DNA of 60,418 nucleotides, taken from positions 1-60,418 of the forward strand of contig JANNEN010000183.1 of the NCBI GenBank assembly GCA_031378715.1, written 5' to 3'. This DNA comes from Emticicia sp. GTDB lineage: Bacteria; Bacteroidota; Bacteroidia; Cytophagales; Spirosomataceae. Both the position numbers and the translations under genes were made by a program. The notes below the pieces were generated by a model, which saw nothing but the letters and a program-made list of their open reading frames with translations, had not been told where the DNA came from and did no database searches. Positions 1 to 10,639 of the stretch are shown in pieces. Position 1 is the stretch's first letter. Every line of letters starts with the position of its first letter.

Positions 1-380
1 AAATCAAAAAATAGAAAAGTACATCGCTTTTTATAACAGTTGCTTGCTAAAACCGTTGAAATGGAAATTCAAAGGTTTTTGCAAAGCTGAAAAATTGAAA
101 AATATTAAACTGTCAAAAACTTAATTCCTATTGCACTAGACAAAAATTAATTTCGTTTTTTAATTAAATCAAACTTTAATTACGAAACTATTAAACGGTG
201 ACATTTTTATACAAAACACTTGTAATCAATTATTTATAATTATTTTTTTCAAGAAAATAGCTTTTGATATTTTTATCAATAATTAACTGTTTTTATAAAG
301 ATTTTTTTCTTTTTTCAAACAAATTTAAGGACGCAGAAAACCACCTGTGTCCCTTTTGTATTTTATAAAACCCCAGCATA

Positions 381-3300
381 GTGAAAGCCCACGAATTATT
401 AAAAATCTACGAGGAAGATAGCTTCATCAAGACGCTTTTTGAAGAAATTAAGTCCAAGAAAAATGTTCATATTAAAGGTCTTTCGGGCAGCCTTGATGCT
501 GTTATTGCATCGGCAAATTATCGCTTAAATCCGCAACACAATATCTTTATTTTGAGTGATAAAGATGATGCCGCTTATTTTTATAACGACCTTCAAAACT
601 TAGTAGGGGAGGAGGAGGTTTTTCTTTTTCCGATGTCTTACAAGAAGCCCTATCTGTACGAAGAAATTGATAACGCCAATGTCCTGCAACGCTCCGAGGT
701 GCTTAACTTATTGAACAACGACAAGGCAAATCTACTAATCGTTACTTACCCCGAAGCACTCTCCGAAAAAGTGATTAATCGTAAGTCATTGATAGCTAAT
801 ACGTTGCAAATAAAAATCGGAGAAAAACTCGACATTAGCTTTATTTCGGAGTTGTTGATTTCTTATGATTTTGAAAAAACCGATTTTGTTTATGAGCCTG
901 GGCAGTTTTCGATTCGAGGAGGAATCGTTGATATTTTCTCCTACGCCTCCGAGTTTCCTTGCCGAATCGAACTTTTTGGTGATGATATTGATAGCCTTCG
1001 ATTCTTCAATCCTGAGTCGCAGCTATCCCTTCAAACGGTCAATCAAATCAATATTATTCCCGATGTTCAAAGCAAATTAATTCAAGAAACTCGGGAGTCA
1101 TTTTTTAATTTTATTCGTAATAAAAGCACTATATGGATAAAAGACGCAGAATATTCGCTCGAATGTATCGAAGATTGTTTCAAGAATGTTGAACAACAAT
1201 TCCAAAAAATACTCGACCAAAGCGGTGGTATCAAGGTAGTTTTGAAGCCCGAGGAACTCTTTGAAACCCGCCGAACGTACCTCAACGAGATTAAGAAGTT
1301 TGATGTGATTGAGTTTGGTACAAAGTCGTATTTTAAAGATACAGAGAAGATGGTTTTTCCCTCAAAAAGCCAACCTTCGTTTAACAAAGATTTCAAAAAA
1401 CTTACTGATAATGTAAAAGAAAATCAGCTAACGGGGATTACTACTTTGGTTGTTTCTGATTCGCTCAAGCAAGTCAATCGGTTGGAATCTATCTTTCACG
1501 AAATTGACCCCATGACTAAGTTTCAATCTTTGGACATTTCGCTTCGGGGAGGCTTTATTGATGAGCTTACTAAGATTGCGTGCTATACCGATCACCAAAT
1601 TTTTGACCGTTACCACCGTTTCAAGGTTCGTGATAAATTTAGTAAGTCAAAAGCCCTAACATTGAAAGAATTAAAATCTTTGCAAACGGGGGATTACGTC
1701 ACGCATATTGATTATGGTATCGGAAGGTTTGCGGGTTTGGAGAAAATCGTTGTGGGTGATAAAGAGCAAGAAGCAGTTCGGTTGATTTATCGTGACAATG
1801 ATATTTTACTCGTAAATATACACTCTTTGCATAAAATTGCGAAATATTCGGGCAAAGAAGGCACTCCGCCAACGATGAGTAAGCTGGGTTCGGGCGAGTG
1901 GGAAAACAAAAAATCTAAGGTCAAACGGCAGGTGAAAGATATTGCCAAAGAACTCATTTCGCTTTATGCCAAACGTCGCCTTGCTCCAGGATTTCATTTC
2001 TCCAAAGATGGCTTTATGCAAGCCGAACTCGAATCATCGTTTCTGTACGAAGATACCCCCGACCAAGCAAAAGCAACTAATGATGTGAAGGAAGACATGG
2101 AAAAACCTTATCCGATGGACAGGCTTGTATGTGGTGATGTTGGCTTTGGAAAAACCGAGATTGCCATTCGTGCGGCCTTCAAAGCAGTGGCCGATAGCAA
2201 GCAAGTAGCCGTGTTGGTACCGACCACAATTTTGGCTATGCAACACCACAAAACTTTTGCCGAGCGGTTGTCCAAACTTCCCGTAAATGTTGAAGAAATT
2301 AGTCGGTTTCGTTCAGCGAAAGAAATTACGCAAACCCTCAAAAATGTTAAAGAAGGTAAGACTGATATACTCATAGGTACGCACCGAATCTTGAATAAAG
2401 ATATTGATTTCAAAGACCTCGGTTTGTTGATTATAGATGAAGAGCAAAAGTTTGGTGTGAAGGCAAAAGACCGTCTTAAAGAAATGAAACATAACGTTGA
2501 TATTTTGACTTTGACGGCCACACCAATTCCTCGTACGCTTCATTTTTCTTTGTTGGGAGCAAGAGATTTGTCAATTATTTCTACGCCGCCGCCCAACCGC
2601 CAACCCGTCACGACCGAGGTGCATGTTTTCAAAGAAGAACTCATCAGGGACGCAATATCATTCGAACTCAAAAGAGGTGGGCAAGTTTTCTTTGTTCATA
2701 ATCGAGTGAATGACATTGAGTCGATTGCTAATATTATTTTACGCCTCGTTCCCGATGCAAAGATTGGTATCGCTCACGGACAAATGGACGGCGATAAATT
2801 AGAAAAAGTAATGATGAAATTTATTGAGGGCGACTACGATATTTTGGTTTCGACTAATATTATTGAGTCGGGTCTTGATATTTCAAACGCCAATACCATT
2901 ATTATTAACCAAGCCCAAAATATCGGAATGTCTGACTTGCACCAAATGCGGGGTAGGGTAGGGCGTTCAAATCGAAAAGCGTTTTGTTATTTGCTCACGC
3001 CTCCGATTTCTCTTTTATCAAAAGATGCCCGCAAGCGATTACAAACCCTCGAAGAATTTTCTGATTTAGGTGATGGCTTTAAGGTTTCGATGCGGGATTT
3101 GGATATTCGGGGAGCAGGAAACTTACTCGGTGCCGAGCAAAGCGGTTTCATTAATGATTTGGGTTACGAAACTTATCATAAGATTTTAGACGAAGCCGTG
3201 CAAGAACTCAAAGAAAATGAGTTTAAAGACCTTTTCACAAAGGACTTGTCATCGGTTATGGACCTACGACTGCCCGACTGCCAAATCGAAACGGATTTAC

Positions 3301-3719
3301 AAATCATTATTCCCGAAACTTTTGTGAGTAATATTTCGGAAAGGCTTTCACTTTATAACCAATTAGATAACATCGAAAAGGAAGAAGAACTCCAAGAATT
3401 TCAAAAATCAATCGTTGATAGGTTTGGTTCGATGCCTGATGAGGTGAAAAATTTATTTAAAATTACCCGAATCCGATGGAAAGCCGAGCAGATAGGTTTT
3501 GAAAAATTGACACTCAAAAACAATATCATGAAAGGATACTTCGTTTCACAAGAGCGAACAGAATATTTTCAGACCGAAAAGTTTGGCAAAATTCTTGATT
3601 ATATTAAGAGTAATCCAAAATACTGTTCACTCAAAGAAATCAAGTCAAAACTGCTTCTTACAGTAGAAAAAGTTTATTCCATTGATAGTTTGGACAAATT
3701 ATTAAGCGGTATCGTGTAA
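381..3719 (+). CDS. mfd: Transcription-repair coupling factor Mfd
   Basis: 1112 aa; UvrB-like N-terminus, CarD/RID (GDYVTHIDYGIGRF), RecG-type helicase motifs (GDVGFGKT, DEEQKFG, TATPIPRT, QMRGRVGR), TRCF C-terminus; GTG start. Confidence 0.97.
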   Translation: MKAHELLKIYEEDSFIKTLFEEIKSKKNVHIKGLSGSLDAVIASANYRLNPQHNIFILSDKDDAAYFYNDLQNLVGEEEVFLFPMSYKKPYLYEEIDNANVLQRSEVLNLLNNDKANLLIVTYPEALSEKVINRKSLIANTLQIKIGEKLDISFISELLISYDFEKTDFVYEPGQFSIRGGIVDIFSYASEFPCRIELFGDDIDSLRFFNPESQLSLQTVNQINIIPDVQSKLIQETRESFFNFIRNKSTIWIKDAEYSLECIEDCFKNVEQQFQKILDQSGGIKVVLKPEELFETRRTYLNEIKKFDVIEFGTKSYFKDTEKMVFPSKSQPSFNKDFKKLTDNVKENQLTGITTLVVSDSLKQVNRLESIFHEIDPMTKFQSLDISLRGGFIDELTKIACYTDHQIFDRYHRFKVRDKFSKSKALTLKELKSLQTGDYVTHIDYGIGRFAGLEKIVVGDKEQEAVRLIYRDNDILLVNIHSLHKIAKYSGKEGTPPTMSKLGSGEWENKKSKVKRQVKDIAKELISLYAKRRLAPGFHFSKDGFMQAELESSFLYEDTPDQAKATNDVKEDMEKPYPMDRLVCGDVGFGKTEIAIRAAFKAVADSKQVAVLVPTTILAMQHHKTFAERLSKLPVNVEEISRFRSAKEITQTLKNVKEGKTDILIGTHRILNKDIDFKDLGLLIIDEEQKFGVKAKDRLKEMKHNVDILTLTATPIPRTLHFSLLGARDLSIISTPPPNRQPVTTEVHVFKEELIRDAISFELKRGGQVFFVHNRVNDIESIANIILRLVPDAKIGIAHGQMDGDKLEKVMMKFIEGDYDILVSTNIIESGLDISNANTIIINQAQNIGMSDLHQMRGRVGRSNRKAFCYLLTPPISLLSKDARKRLQTLEEFSDLGDGFKVSMRDLDIRGAGNLLGAEQSGFINDLGYETYHKILDEAVQELKENEFKDLFTKDLSSVMDLRLPDCQIETDLQIIIPETFVSNISERLSLYNQLDNIEKEEELQEFQKSIVDRFGSMPDEVKNLFKITRIRWKAEQIGFEKLTLKNNIMKGYFVSQERTEYFQTEKFGKILDYIKSNPKYCSLKEIKSKLLLTVEKVYSIDSLDKLLSGIV

Positions 3720-3779
3720 AGTCTGTTACTTTATAACTTATATACAACCAGATTTTACAGAAATTTATATTGAAATACC

Positions 3780-3787
3780 TATTTTTG
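3780..3787 (+). promoter_or_regulatory. Bacteroidota sigma70 -7 element upstream of gldJ
   Basis: TATTTTTG matches TAnnTTTG, 35 bp before the ATG. Confidence 0.55.
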
Positions 3788-3822
3788 CAAAACGAATTTA
3801 ATTAACAAAAATCATTCCGAAA

Positions 3823-5118
3823 ATGAAAAAACTACTTTTTAGTTCGACCGCAGTTGCATTAGCCTTTGTGCTGATTCTGAGTGGTTGTTCGAGCAAAAAG
3901 AAATCCACAAGCATTAATCCTGGCCGTAAGAGTACAGCTACGGGTATTGCTTATGGCAAGAAAAGCAAGAAGGGCAAAGAACCCGTTGGTTTGCAAGTTA
4001 AAGATTTTAAAGGACAGCCAGCCGGACCAAACCTTGTGTTTATCGAAGGTGGCCGCTTCACGATGGGAACTGTTGAAGAAGATATTACTTTTTCACGTGA
4101 TAACCTCGAACGTACCGTTACAGTTTCATCTTTTTACATGGATGAAAGCGAAATAACTAACCTTCACTGGTTGGAGTATCTTCATGCCGTTCAGAAAGAT
4201 TCCTCACAAGAGTTTTATGAAACAGCTTTGCCCGACACCACAGTTTGGCTAAGTAAACTTTCTTTTAATGACCAATTTACAGAACAATATTTAAGGTATC
4301 CTGGTTTCAGAGCATATCCCGTTGTGGGTGTATCTTGGGTGCAAGCATCTGATTATTGTAAATGGAGAACCGAGGCCGTAAACAGCGAAATGGCCATGAG
4401 ATTTGGTGATAAAACCAAATCAAAGAAAGGTGGTGGAATGGGCTTTGGTAAGAAAAAGAAAGGTAATGCTGCAGCACCTGAAGCTCCTGCTGTTAAAACA
4501 GGTGGTCGACTGGCTATTGAGTCAGGCAATGTTCTGCCTGCTTACCGACTTCCAACCGAAGCTGAGTGGGAATATGCGGCAAAAGCGATGATTGGCACTC
4601 AATATATGGACGAAAATCAATCTAACCAACGTATTTACCCTTGGGACGGATCTTCGATGCGTAAGAACAAAGGCAAGCAAAAAGGAACGATGCTCGCCAA
4701 TTTCAAGCGTGGTCGTGGTGATTATGCTGGTATTGCAGGACACCAAAACGATAAAGGAACAATTACGCTCGAAGTGTATGAATTTCCTCCCAATGATTTC
4801 GGACTTTACCAAATGGGTGGAAATGTGAATGAGTGGGTTGTTGATTTATATCGCCCGAACTCATTCCAAGATGTGAATGACTTGAACCCAATTCGTCGCA
4901 ATGATTTCTTAGATGAAGAAAAAATGTACGATAAGAAAAACTATAATTCACTAATTGACAATAATTTGAGAGTTTACAAAGGTGGCTCTTGGAACGATGT
5001 GGCTTATTGGTTATCGCCTGGCACACGCCGAGCTTTGGATCAAGACTCTTCAACTTCTACGATTGGTTTCCGATGTGCAATGATTGCAATCGGACCGAAA
5101 GGAAAGCGTAAATTATAG
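3823..5118 (+). CDS. gldJ: Gliding motility lipoprotein GldJ (FGE/SUMF1 fold)
   Basis: Lipobox LSGC; GPNLVFIEGGRFTMG, FYMDESEITN, ALPDTTVW, YPVVGVSW, RLPTEAEWEYAA, RVYKGGSW, GFRCAM. Confidence 0.85.
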   Translation: MKKLLFSSTAVALAFVLILSGCSSKKKSTSINPGRKSTATGIAYGKKSKKGKEPVGLQVKDFKGQPAGPNLVFIEGGRFTMGTVEEDITFSRDNLERTVTVSSFYMDESEITNLHWLEYLHAVQKDSSQEFYETALPDTTVWLSKLSFNDQFTEQYLRYPGFRAYPVVGVSWVQASDYCKWRTEAVNSEMAMRFGDKTKSKKGGGMGFGKKKKGNAAAPEAPAVKTGGRLAIESGNVLPAYRLPTEAEWEYAAKAMIGTQYMDENQSNQRIYPWDGSSMRKNKGKQKGTMLANFKRGRGDYAGIAGHQNDKGTITLEVYEFPPNDFGLYQMGGNVNEWVVDLYRPNSFQDVNDLNPIRRNDFLDEEKMYDKKNYNSLIDNNLRVYKGGSWNDVAYWLSPGTRRALDQDSSTSTIGFRCAMIAIGPKGKRKL

Positions 5119-5138
5119 TCAAAATCTGACACATTAGC

Positions 5139-5166
5139 AGAAACCCCTCCCAAAAGAGGGGTTTCT
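5139..5166. terminator. Bidirectional intrinsic terminator between gldJ and comF-like gene
   Basis: AGAAACCCCTC-ccaaaa-GAGGGGTTTCT 11 bp stem between convergent genes. Confidence 0.8.
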
Positions 5167-5170
5167 TTGT

Positions 5171-5857
5171 TTAAAAGGCTGCCGCAATCGTTACAATCGA
5201 AATGTTTTTTGCCCCCGCTTCCAAAAGTACTACCGCCATCGACTCAATAGTCGAACCCGTTGTCAGTACGTCATCTACGATTGCTATTCGTTTATCCTTT
5301 ATCTTTTCTGTATCCGTCACTTCAAAAATATTTTCAACATTTTGATAACGTTCCATACGATTCTTTTTAGTTTGTGAATCCGTATATAAAACTCTTTTAA
5401 CCGCATCAGTTTCAAAAGGAATTTCTAACACCAACGATAGCCCTTCTGCTATACAATCGGCTTGATTATAACCCCTCTGTAGCTGCTTCGTTGGGTGTAA
5501 TGGAACGCCGATTATCAAATCTATCTTTTTTTCAAAACCCACTGCTTTTAAATCAACTCCGTATAGCTTTCCCAAGAATGTACCAACTTCTGGTTTATTT
5601 CGATATTTTAGCTCATGCAAGAGTTTTTGAACTTTCCCTTTTTTTGAAAACCTCATAAAAGTTATCGTATCCGAAACGGGAACTTTCCCCCAAAACCGAT
5701 TAGAAACACTATCAAGCCTTTCGATATGAGAATTTGTTCTTGGCAAATCAATCATGCAATCAATACAAATGAGATTTTCTCCACCCAAAAGTGACTCTCC
5801 ACACGCTTCGCAGCTTCGTGGGTATATTATATCTAAAAAATGCCTAAACCATTTCAT
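5171..5857 (-). CDS. comF: ComF family protein (zinc ribbon + phosphoribosyltransferase)
   Basis: CEAC/CIDC zinc ribbon, VPLH..RGYNQA, VDDVLTTGST PRPP motif. Confidence 0.88.
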   Translation of the reverse strand: MKWFRHFLDIIYPRSCEACGESLLGGENLICIDCMIDLPRTNSHIERLDSVSNRFWGKVPVSDTITFMRFSKKGKVQKLLHELKYRNKPEVGTFLGKLYGVDLKAVGFEKKIDLIIGVPLHPTKQLQRGYNQADCIAEGLSLVLEIPFETDAVKRVLYTDSQTKKNRMERYQNVENIFEVTDTEKIKDKRIAIVDDVLTTGSTIESMAVVLLEAGAKNISIVTIAAAF

Positions 5858-5892
5858 CGTGTTTGGTTAAGTTTGTATATATTTTAATTATT

Positions 5893-6252
5893 ATGACTCA
5901 AGAAGACAACGACCTAAAAGAAATCTGGCAAACATTGTTAGCTTTTCTGAAAAACAATCTCGGTAAAAAACCATCTGACTTAAATGGGGTTTTATTTTTA
6001 ATTGGTGTGCAGGAACTGGGGCAAGGTAAAAAAGTTTTTACAAAAGAACAAAAACAAGATCTCATGCACATAGCTATCTGCAAAGTTTTGAGCTTTGGCG
6101 GATACTATTCTCTCGAAGGTCGAGATGAAGATGGTTGGCCACATTGGAAACTTATTACTCCCTTACCAAATTTTGATATGCTTTCGCAGGAAAAACTCCT
6201 GAAACACTTTGTTATTGACTATTTCCGAAAGGAAGTTGGTCTTCATATCTAA
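5893..6252 (+). CDS. Conserved Bacteroidota hypothetical protein
   Basis: ATG at 5893 downstream of TAAGTTTG (5868-5875); LFLIGVQELG..KQDLMHIAICKVL..GWPHW signature. Confidence 0.75.
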   Translation: MTQEDNDLKEIWQTLLAFLKNNLGKKPSDLNGVLFLIGVQELGQGKKVFTKEQKQDLMHIAICKVLSFGGYYSLEGRDEDGWPHWKLITPLPNFDMLSQEKLLKHFVIDYFRKEVGLHI

Positions 6253-6273
6253 ACCCGATATTTTTAAATTAAT

Positions 6274-7035
6274 ATGAAAATAATTTCATACAATGTAAAC
6301 GGTGTTCGTTCGGCCATCAATAAAGGACTTATTAGTTGGTTAAAATCTACTAACCCAGATATTCTTTGTTTACAAGAAATAAAGTTATCCGAAACCGAAT
6401 TAGTTACTCCACTGTTTGAAGAGTTAGGTTACTTTTGTTATTGGTATCCAGCTCTAAAACGTGGATACAGTGGCGTAGCTATTTTATCGAAACAAAAACC
6501 TTCTAATGTTCACTACGGAATAGGAAAATCTCTTTTCGATGATGAAGGCAGAATTCTTCGTGCCGATTTTGAAGACTTCTCTATTCTTAGTATGTATTTT
6601 CCATCTGGCTCTTCGGGTGACGAACGCCAAGAATTAAAAATGAAATTCTTGGACGATTTCTACGTTTATATTCAAGAACTTAGAAAAAAGATTCCAAATT
6701 TAATCATTTCTGGTGACGTAAACATCTGTCATCGGGAGATTGATATCCATAACCCAAAGGGTAATGCAAATTCGTCAGGTTTTCTACCCGAAGAACGTGC
6801 GTGGGTTGGCAGATTTCTTGATAATGGTTACATTGATTCGTTTAGACATTTGAATCACGAACCTCATCACTATACTTGGTGGTCGTATAGGGCAGGAGCG
6901 AAGCAGAAAAACCTCGGCTGGCGTATTGATTACCATTTTATTAGTAATAGTCTTTTGAGTCGATTATCCAACGTTTTTATTCATTCTGATCAAGTAATGT
7001 CAGACCATTGTCCTATCGAAATCTTTTTACTTTAA
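6274..7035 (+). CDS. xth: Exodeoxyribonuclease III / AP endonuclease
   Basis: SYNVNG, LQEIK, GYSGVA, GDVNICH, WWSYR, GWRIDY, SDHCP. Confidence 0.95.
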   Translation: MKIISYNVNGVRSAINKGLISWLKSTNPDILCLQEIKLSETELVTPLFEELGYFCYWYPALKRGYSGVAILSKQKPSNVHYGIGKSLFDDEGRILRADFEDFSILSMYFPSGSSGDERQELKMKFLDDFYVYIQELRKKIPNLIISGDVNICHREIDIHNPKGNANSSGFLPEERAWVGRFLDNGYIDSFRHLNHEPHHYTWWSYRAGAKQKNLGWRIDYHFISNSLLSRLSNVFIHSDQVMSDHCPIEIFLL

Positions 7036-7059
7036 AAACTTTATCAACTACCATATATC

Positions 7060-10000
7060 ATGTCTGCATCTTTGAATACTTTATTTTCTAAAATTGACGA
7101 ATATAAAAGAAAGTACTACAAAAATTTGCTCATCAAGGGTTCAATTTTTACACTTGCTTTGCTTCTCAGCTCTTTTTTAATTATTAATGCCGTAGAATAC
7201 TTTGGTCGTTTTAACTCAACAATTCGAGCCACATTATTTTTTGGTTTTTTAGGTTTGATGATTTACTCTTTGATTGCTTGGGTTATTAAACCTTTACTTT
7301 ATTTATTTCATTTCAACGAACCCTTGACTTATGAGAAAGCCGCCCAAGAAATTGGCAAGTTTTTTCCCGAAATAGGGGATAGGCTTCTCAACACCCTCCA
7401 GCTTTCGCAAGTATCTGATAAAGATAATGCTTTGCTTCAAGCGAGTATTAGTCAGAAAACGAGCGAACTTCGTTTTGTAAAGTTTGCTGATGCCATTAAG
7501 ATAAATGAAAATAAAAAATATCTCAAATACGCTATTCCACCTTTGGTTTTGATTTTATTAATTGCAGCAGTATCTCCTAAATTTTTTAAGAATAGCACTG
7601 AGCGTATTGTCTATTTCCAAAAAGACTTTGCGGAAGAAGCCCCATTCAAATTTAAAATTACGAATCAAGAGTTAAAAGCAGTAAAAAACGAAGATTTTAA
7701 CCTAAACCTCTCTCTTATTGGTAATGCTGTTCCCGAAGCAGTTTATTTGGTGGCTAATGACCGTAAGTTTAAAATGACCTCTGTTGATAACAAAACTTAT
7801 ACTTTCACTTTTTCAAAGGTTCAAAACCCTGTAGATTTTCATTTTTTAGCCTCAGGTTTTAAATCTAATGATTTTGAACTTGGTTTGATTAGCCGCCCAA
7901 ACCTTCTTTCATTTGACGTTGGTTTGAATTATCCTGCTTATCTGAATAAATCCAACGAGAGCTTCGACAACGTTGGCAATCTCGTTGTTCCAGAAGGTAC
8001 AACCGTTGAGTGGAATTTTAAAGCAACTAATACCGATTCCCTTTATTTACTTTTTGAAAACGAACTTAAGCATTTATCGAAAGATGGTTTTGGGGATAAT
8101 TTCTCCTATATCCGCCGTTTGAAAAATTCATCTTCCTACAAAATTCAATTAAAGAATGAGTTTAGTACTAATCGTGAAAATATTGACTTTTATATTAATG
8201 TTATTCCTGACAAATATCCTCAAATACAATTAGAACAAATTCGGGATACTACACTCTTCAATTATATAGTTTTGGGTGGAAATATCAATGACGACTATGG
8301 TTTAGCTCAGTTCAAACTTTTATACCGTCCTGTACGTGAATCAAGCCCGAAACCAAATGACGTTTTTACTTCAATTGATGTTTCTTTTAACAAAACCCAA
8401 ATTTCTCAAAGTTTCTATTATCAATTTCCTCTTGAAGATTTAAAACTCAATCCTGGTGAGAAAGTAGAGTACTTTCTGCAAGTTTGGGATAATGATGGCG
8501 TGAATGGCTCGAAAAGCACTAAAACACCCGTTCTTACCTTTGCTCTTCCTTCGGCCAAGAATTTTGATGCCGAAGTAGAAAAAGTAACCGAGAAGACTGA
8601 AGATATGCTCGAAAAACTCAGTGTGAAATCTAAGAAATTAAAAAATGATTTGAATAACTTAGAAAATAAACTAAAAAGTAAGAAGGATTTAGACTTTCAA
8701 GAAAAGAAGCAATTAGAAGAACTTCTCAAAAAGCGTGATGAGTTGATGTCAGAAATGAAAGCTATGCAGGAGCAGTTTGAAAAAATGCAGGAAAAGACCA
8801 ATCGTTTTCAACAACAATCTCCCGAACTCAAACAAAAAATGGAACAACTCAAAAAACTCATGGAAGAAGTCATGAATGAGGAAACCAACAAAATGTATGA
8901 GGAGTTGAAAAAATCATTAGAAAAAGACATGGACGAAAAGACGATTGAGCAATTAGAAAAGCTCAAAAATCAGGAACGTAACATGGACAAAGACATCGAC
9001 AGAACTCTCAAACTATTCAAACAACTTCAACTTCAACAAAAGGTTGAAAAAACGGCCAACGAACTCGAAAAGCTTGCTGAAAAGCAAGATAAACTCGGTG
9101 ATGATACCAAAAAGAATGAACAAGAAAAAAATCAACCAGAAAAAGATAAGAAGAATGATGATTTAAAAAAGGAACAAGAAAAGCTATCCAAAGAGTTTGA
9201 TGATAAAAAAGAGCAGATGAAAGACATTGATAAACTTGCCGAAGAATTGAAAAAGGAAAACGACGAGCAGAAAGAAGAGCAAGAAGAGATTTCTAATGAT
9301 CAAGAAAACTCCGAAAAGCAACTTGATCAAGATCAAAATGATTCTGCGGCTAAGAATCAAAAAAAAGCAGCCAAGAAAATGAAACAGATGGCTCAGAAAA
9401 TGAAAGAGTCGATGAAGAACCAAGAAATGAAAGAAATGGACGAGGATATGGACGCTTTGCGTGCTATTCTTGAAAATCTTGTAAAGCTATCCTTTGACCA
9501 GGAAAAGATTATGAAAGAGTTTCGAAACATGAGTTTATCAGATCCTCGTTTCGTGAAACTTTCTCAAGAACAATTAAAGATTCAAGACGATGCCAAGATG
9601 ATTGAGGATAGTTTGTATTCATTAGCCAAGCGAGTGCTTCAAATTCAGTCATTCGTGACGAAAGAGGTTACTTCTATGCGAAACTCAATGGACGAAAGCG
9701 TTAAGTTTATTAAAGAACGCAAATTAAATATTGCTTCAAGCAACCAACAATTCTCCATGACCTCCATTAATAACTTGGCTTTAATGCTCAGTGATACTTT
9801 TAGCCAAATGCAACAGATGATGGCTAACGCCATGCCTGGTAGCGGCAAAAAAGGAAAGAAAGGAAAAATGCCTTCTCCCTCACCTGGTGAAAAACAAGAT
9901 GAATTGAATAAATCTATGGAGAAACTTTCTAAGTCTGGCAAGTCGGGCAGGGGGCTTTCTGAGGAAGCAGCCAAACTCGCTCAGGAACAATCTGCCCTAA

Positions 10001-10383
10001 GAAAGCGTATCCAACAAATGCAAGATGAACTCAAAGGAACAGAAGCTGGTAAGAAACTTGGAAACGAACTTAAAGAACTCGAGAAGAAAATGGACGAAAA
10101 CGAAACTGATTTGGTTAATAAGCGAATTAACCCCGACCTCATTAAGCGTTCAAAAGATATTCAGACCCGATTACTCGAAGCGGAGAAAGCTATTCAACAA
10201 CAAGAAGAAGATCCGACTCGTCAATCTAAATCTGCTCAACAGTTCAATCGCCAGTCACCTCCTTCGATTGATAAGTTTTTACAAGAAAAACAAAAACAAG
10301 TGGAACTTATCCGCACAGTTCCGCCTAATTATACGCCTTTCTACAAGAAACAAACGGATAATTATTTTAGAAAAATTAAGTAA
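7060..10383 (+). CDS. DUF4175-family membrane protein with long coiled coil
   Basis: N-terminal TM helices, DDYGL and VWDNDGVNG motifs, long E/K/Q coiled coil, C-terminal TRLLEAEKA..PFYK. Confidence 0.75.
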   Translation: MSASLNTLFSKIDEYKRKYYKNLLIKGSIFTLALLLSSFLIINAVEYFGRFNSTIRATLFFGFLGLMIYSLIAWVIKPLLYLFHFNEPLTYEKAAQEIGKFFPEIGDRLLNTLQLSQVSDKDNALLQASISQKTSELRFVKFADAIKINENKKYLKYAIPPLVLILLIAAVSPKFFKNSTERIVYFQKDFAEEAPFKFKITNQELKAVKNEDFNLNLSLIGNAVPEAVYLVANDRKFKMTSVDNKTYTFTFSKVQNPVDFHFLASGFKSNDFELGLISRPNLLSFDVGLNYPAYLNKSNESFDNVGNLVVPEGTTVEWNFKATNTDSLYLLFENELKHLSKDGFGDNFSYIRRLKNSSSYKIQLKNEFSTNRENIDFYINVIPDKYPQIQLEQIRDTTLFNYIVLGGNINDDYGLAQFKLLYRPVRESSPKPNDVFTSIDVSFNKTQISQSFYYQFPLEDLKLNPGEKVEYFLQVWDNDGVNGSKSTKTPVLTFALPSAKNFDAEVEKVTEKTEDMLEKLSVKSKKLKNDLNNLENKLKSKKDLDFQEKKQLEELLKKRDELMSEMKAMQEQFEKMQEKTNRFQQQSPELKQKMEQLKKLMEEVMNEETNKMYEELKKSLEKDMDEKTIEQLEKLKNQERNMDKDIDRTLKLFKQLQLQQKVEKTANELEKLAEKQDKLGDDTKKNEQEKNQPEKDKKNDDLKKEQEKLSKEFDDKKEQMKDIDKLAEELKKENDEQKEEQEEISNDQENSEKQLDQDQNDSAAKNQKKAAKKMKQMAQKMKESMKNQEMKEMDEDMDALRAILENLVKLSFDQEKIMKEFRNMSLSDPRFVKLSQEQLKIQDDAKMIEDSLYSLAKRVLQIQSFVTKEVTSMRNSMDESVKFIKERKLNIASSNQQFSMTSINNLALMLSDTFSQMQQMMANAMPGSGKKGKKGKMPSPSPGEKQDELNKSMEKLSKSGKSGRGLSEEAAKLAQEQSALRKRIQQMQDELKGTEAGKKLGNELKELEKKMDENETDLVNKRINPDLIKRSKDIQTRLLEAEKAIQQQEEDPTRQSKSAQQFNRQSPPSIDKFLQEKQKQVELIRTVPPNYTPFYKKQTDNYFRKIK

Positions 10384-10405
10384 ACGTTTTTCTTAGTAAT
10401 TTTGT

Positions 10406-10433
10406 AGGGACGCAACAAATGCGTCCCTTTTTT
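10406..10433 (+). terminator. Intrinsic terminator after DUF4175 gene
   Basis: AGGGACGCA-acaaa-TGCGTCCCT followed by a T run. Confidence 0.8.
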
Positions 10434-10601
10434 GTTTTCTTATAAAGCAACGTTATTGTTACCCGAGTATTAATTCTAAAATAACTAAATCATTTTTTAA
10501 TTTATAAGTAAAATCACTCCTGTTTGATAGTTACGTTTTTCAACCCTTTATTTTAACCAACAACGGAAGTTTTTTATCCGAAACAAGTAATCTATTTTTC
10601 A

Positions 10602-10617
10602 CGTTTCACGTGAAACA
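10602..10617. promoter_or_regulatory. parS centromere site
   Basis: CGTTTCACGTGAAACA, 15/16 match to consensus TGTTTCACGTGAAACA, upstream of mnmG. Confidence 0.9.
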
Positions 10618-10639
10618 ATATATTTCACAATAACACAAA

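Noticed and set aside
865-2543. Short alternative-frame and antisense ORFs inside mfd (and similar ones throughout the ORF track)
   Set aside because: Fully nested in well-supported genes and lack recognisable motifs; treated as shadow ORFs.
4089-4104. parS-like TTTTTCACGTGATAAC in gldJ
   Set aside because: Four mismatches to consensus and explained by the coding sequence.
8560-10200. Repetitive-looking A-rich DNA in the DUF4175 gene
   Set aside because: Explained by E/K/Q coiled-coil composition; no DNA-level repeat unit.
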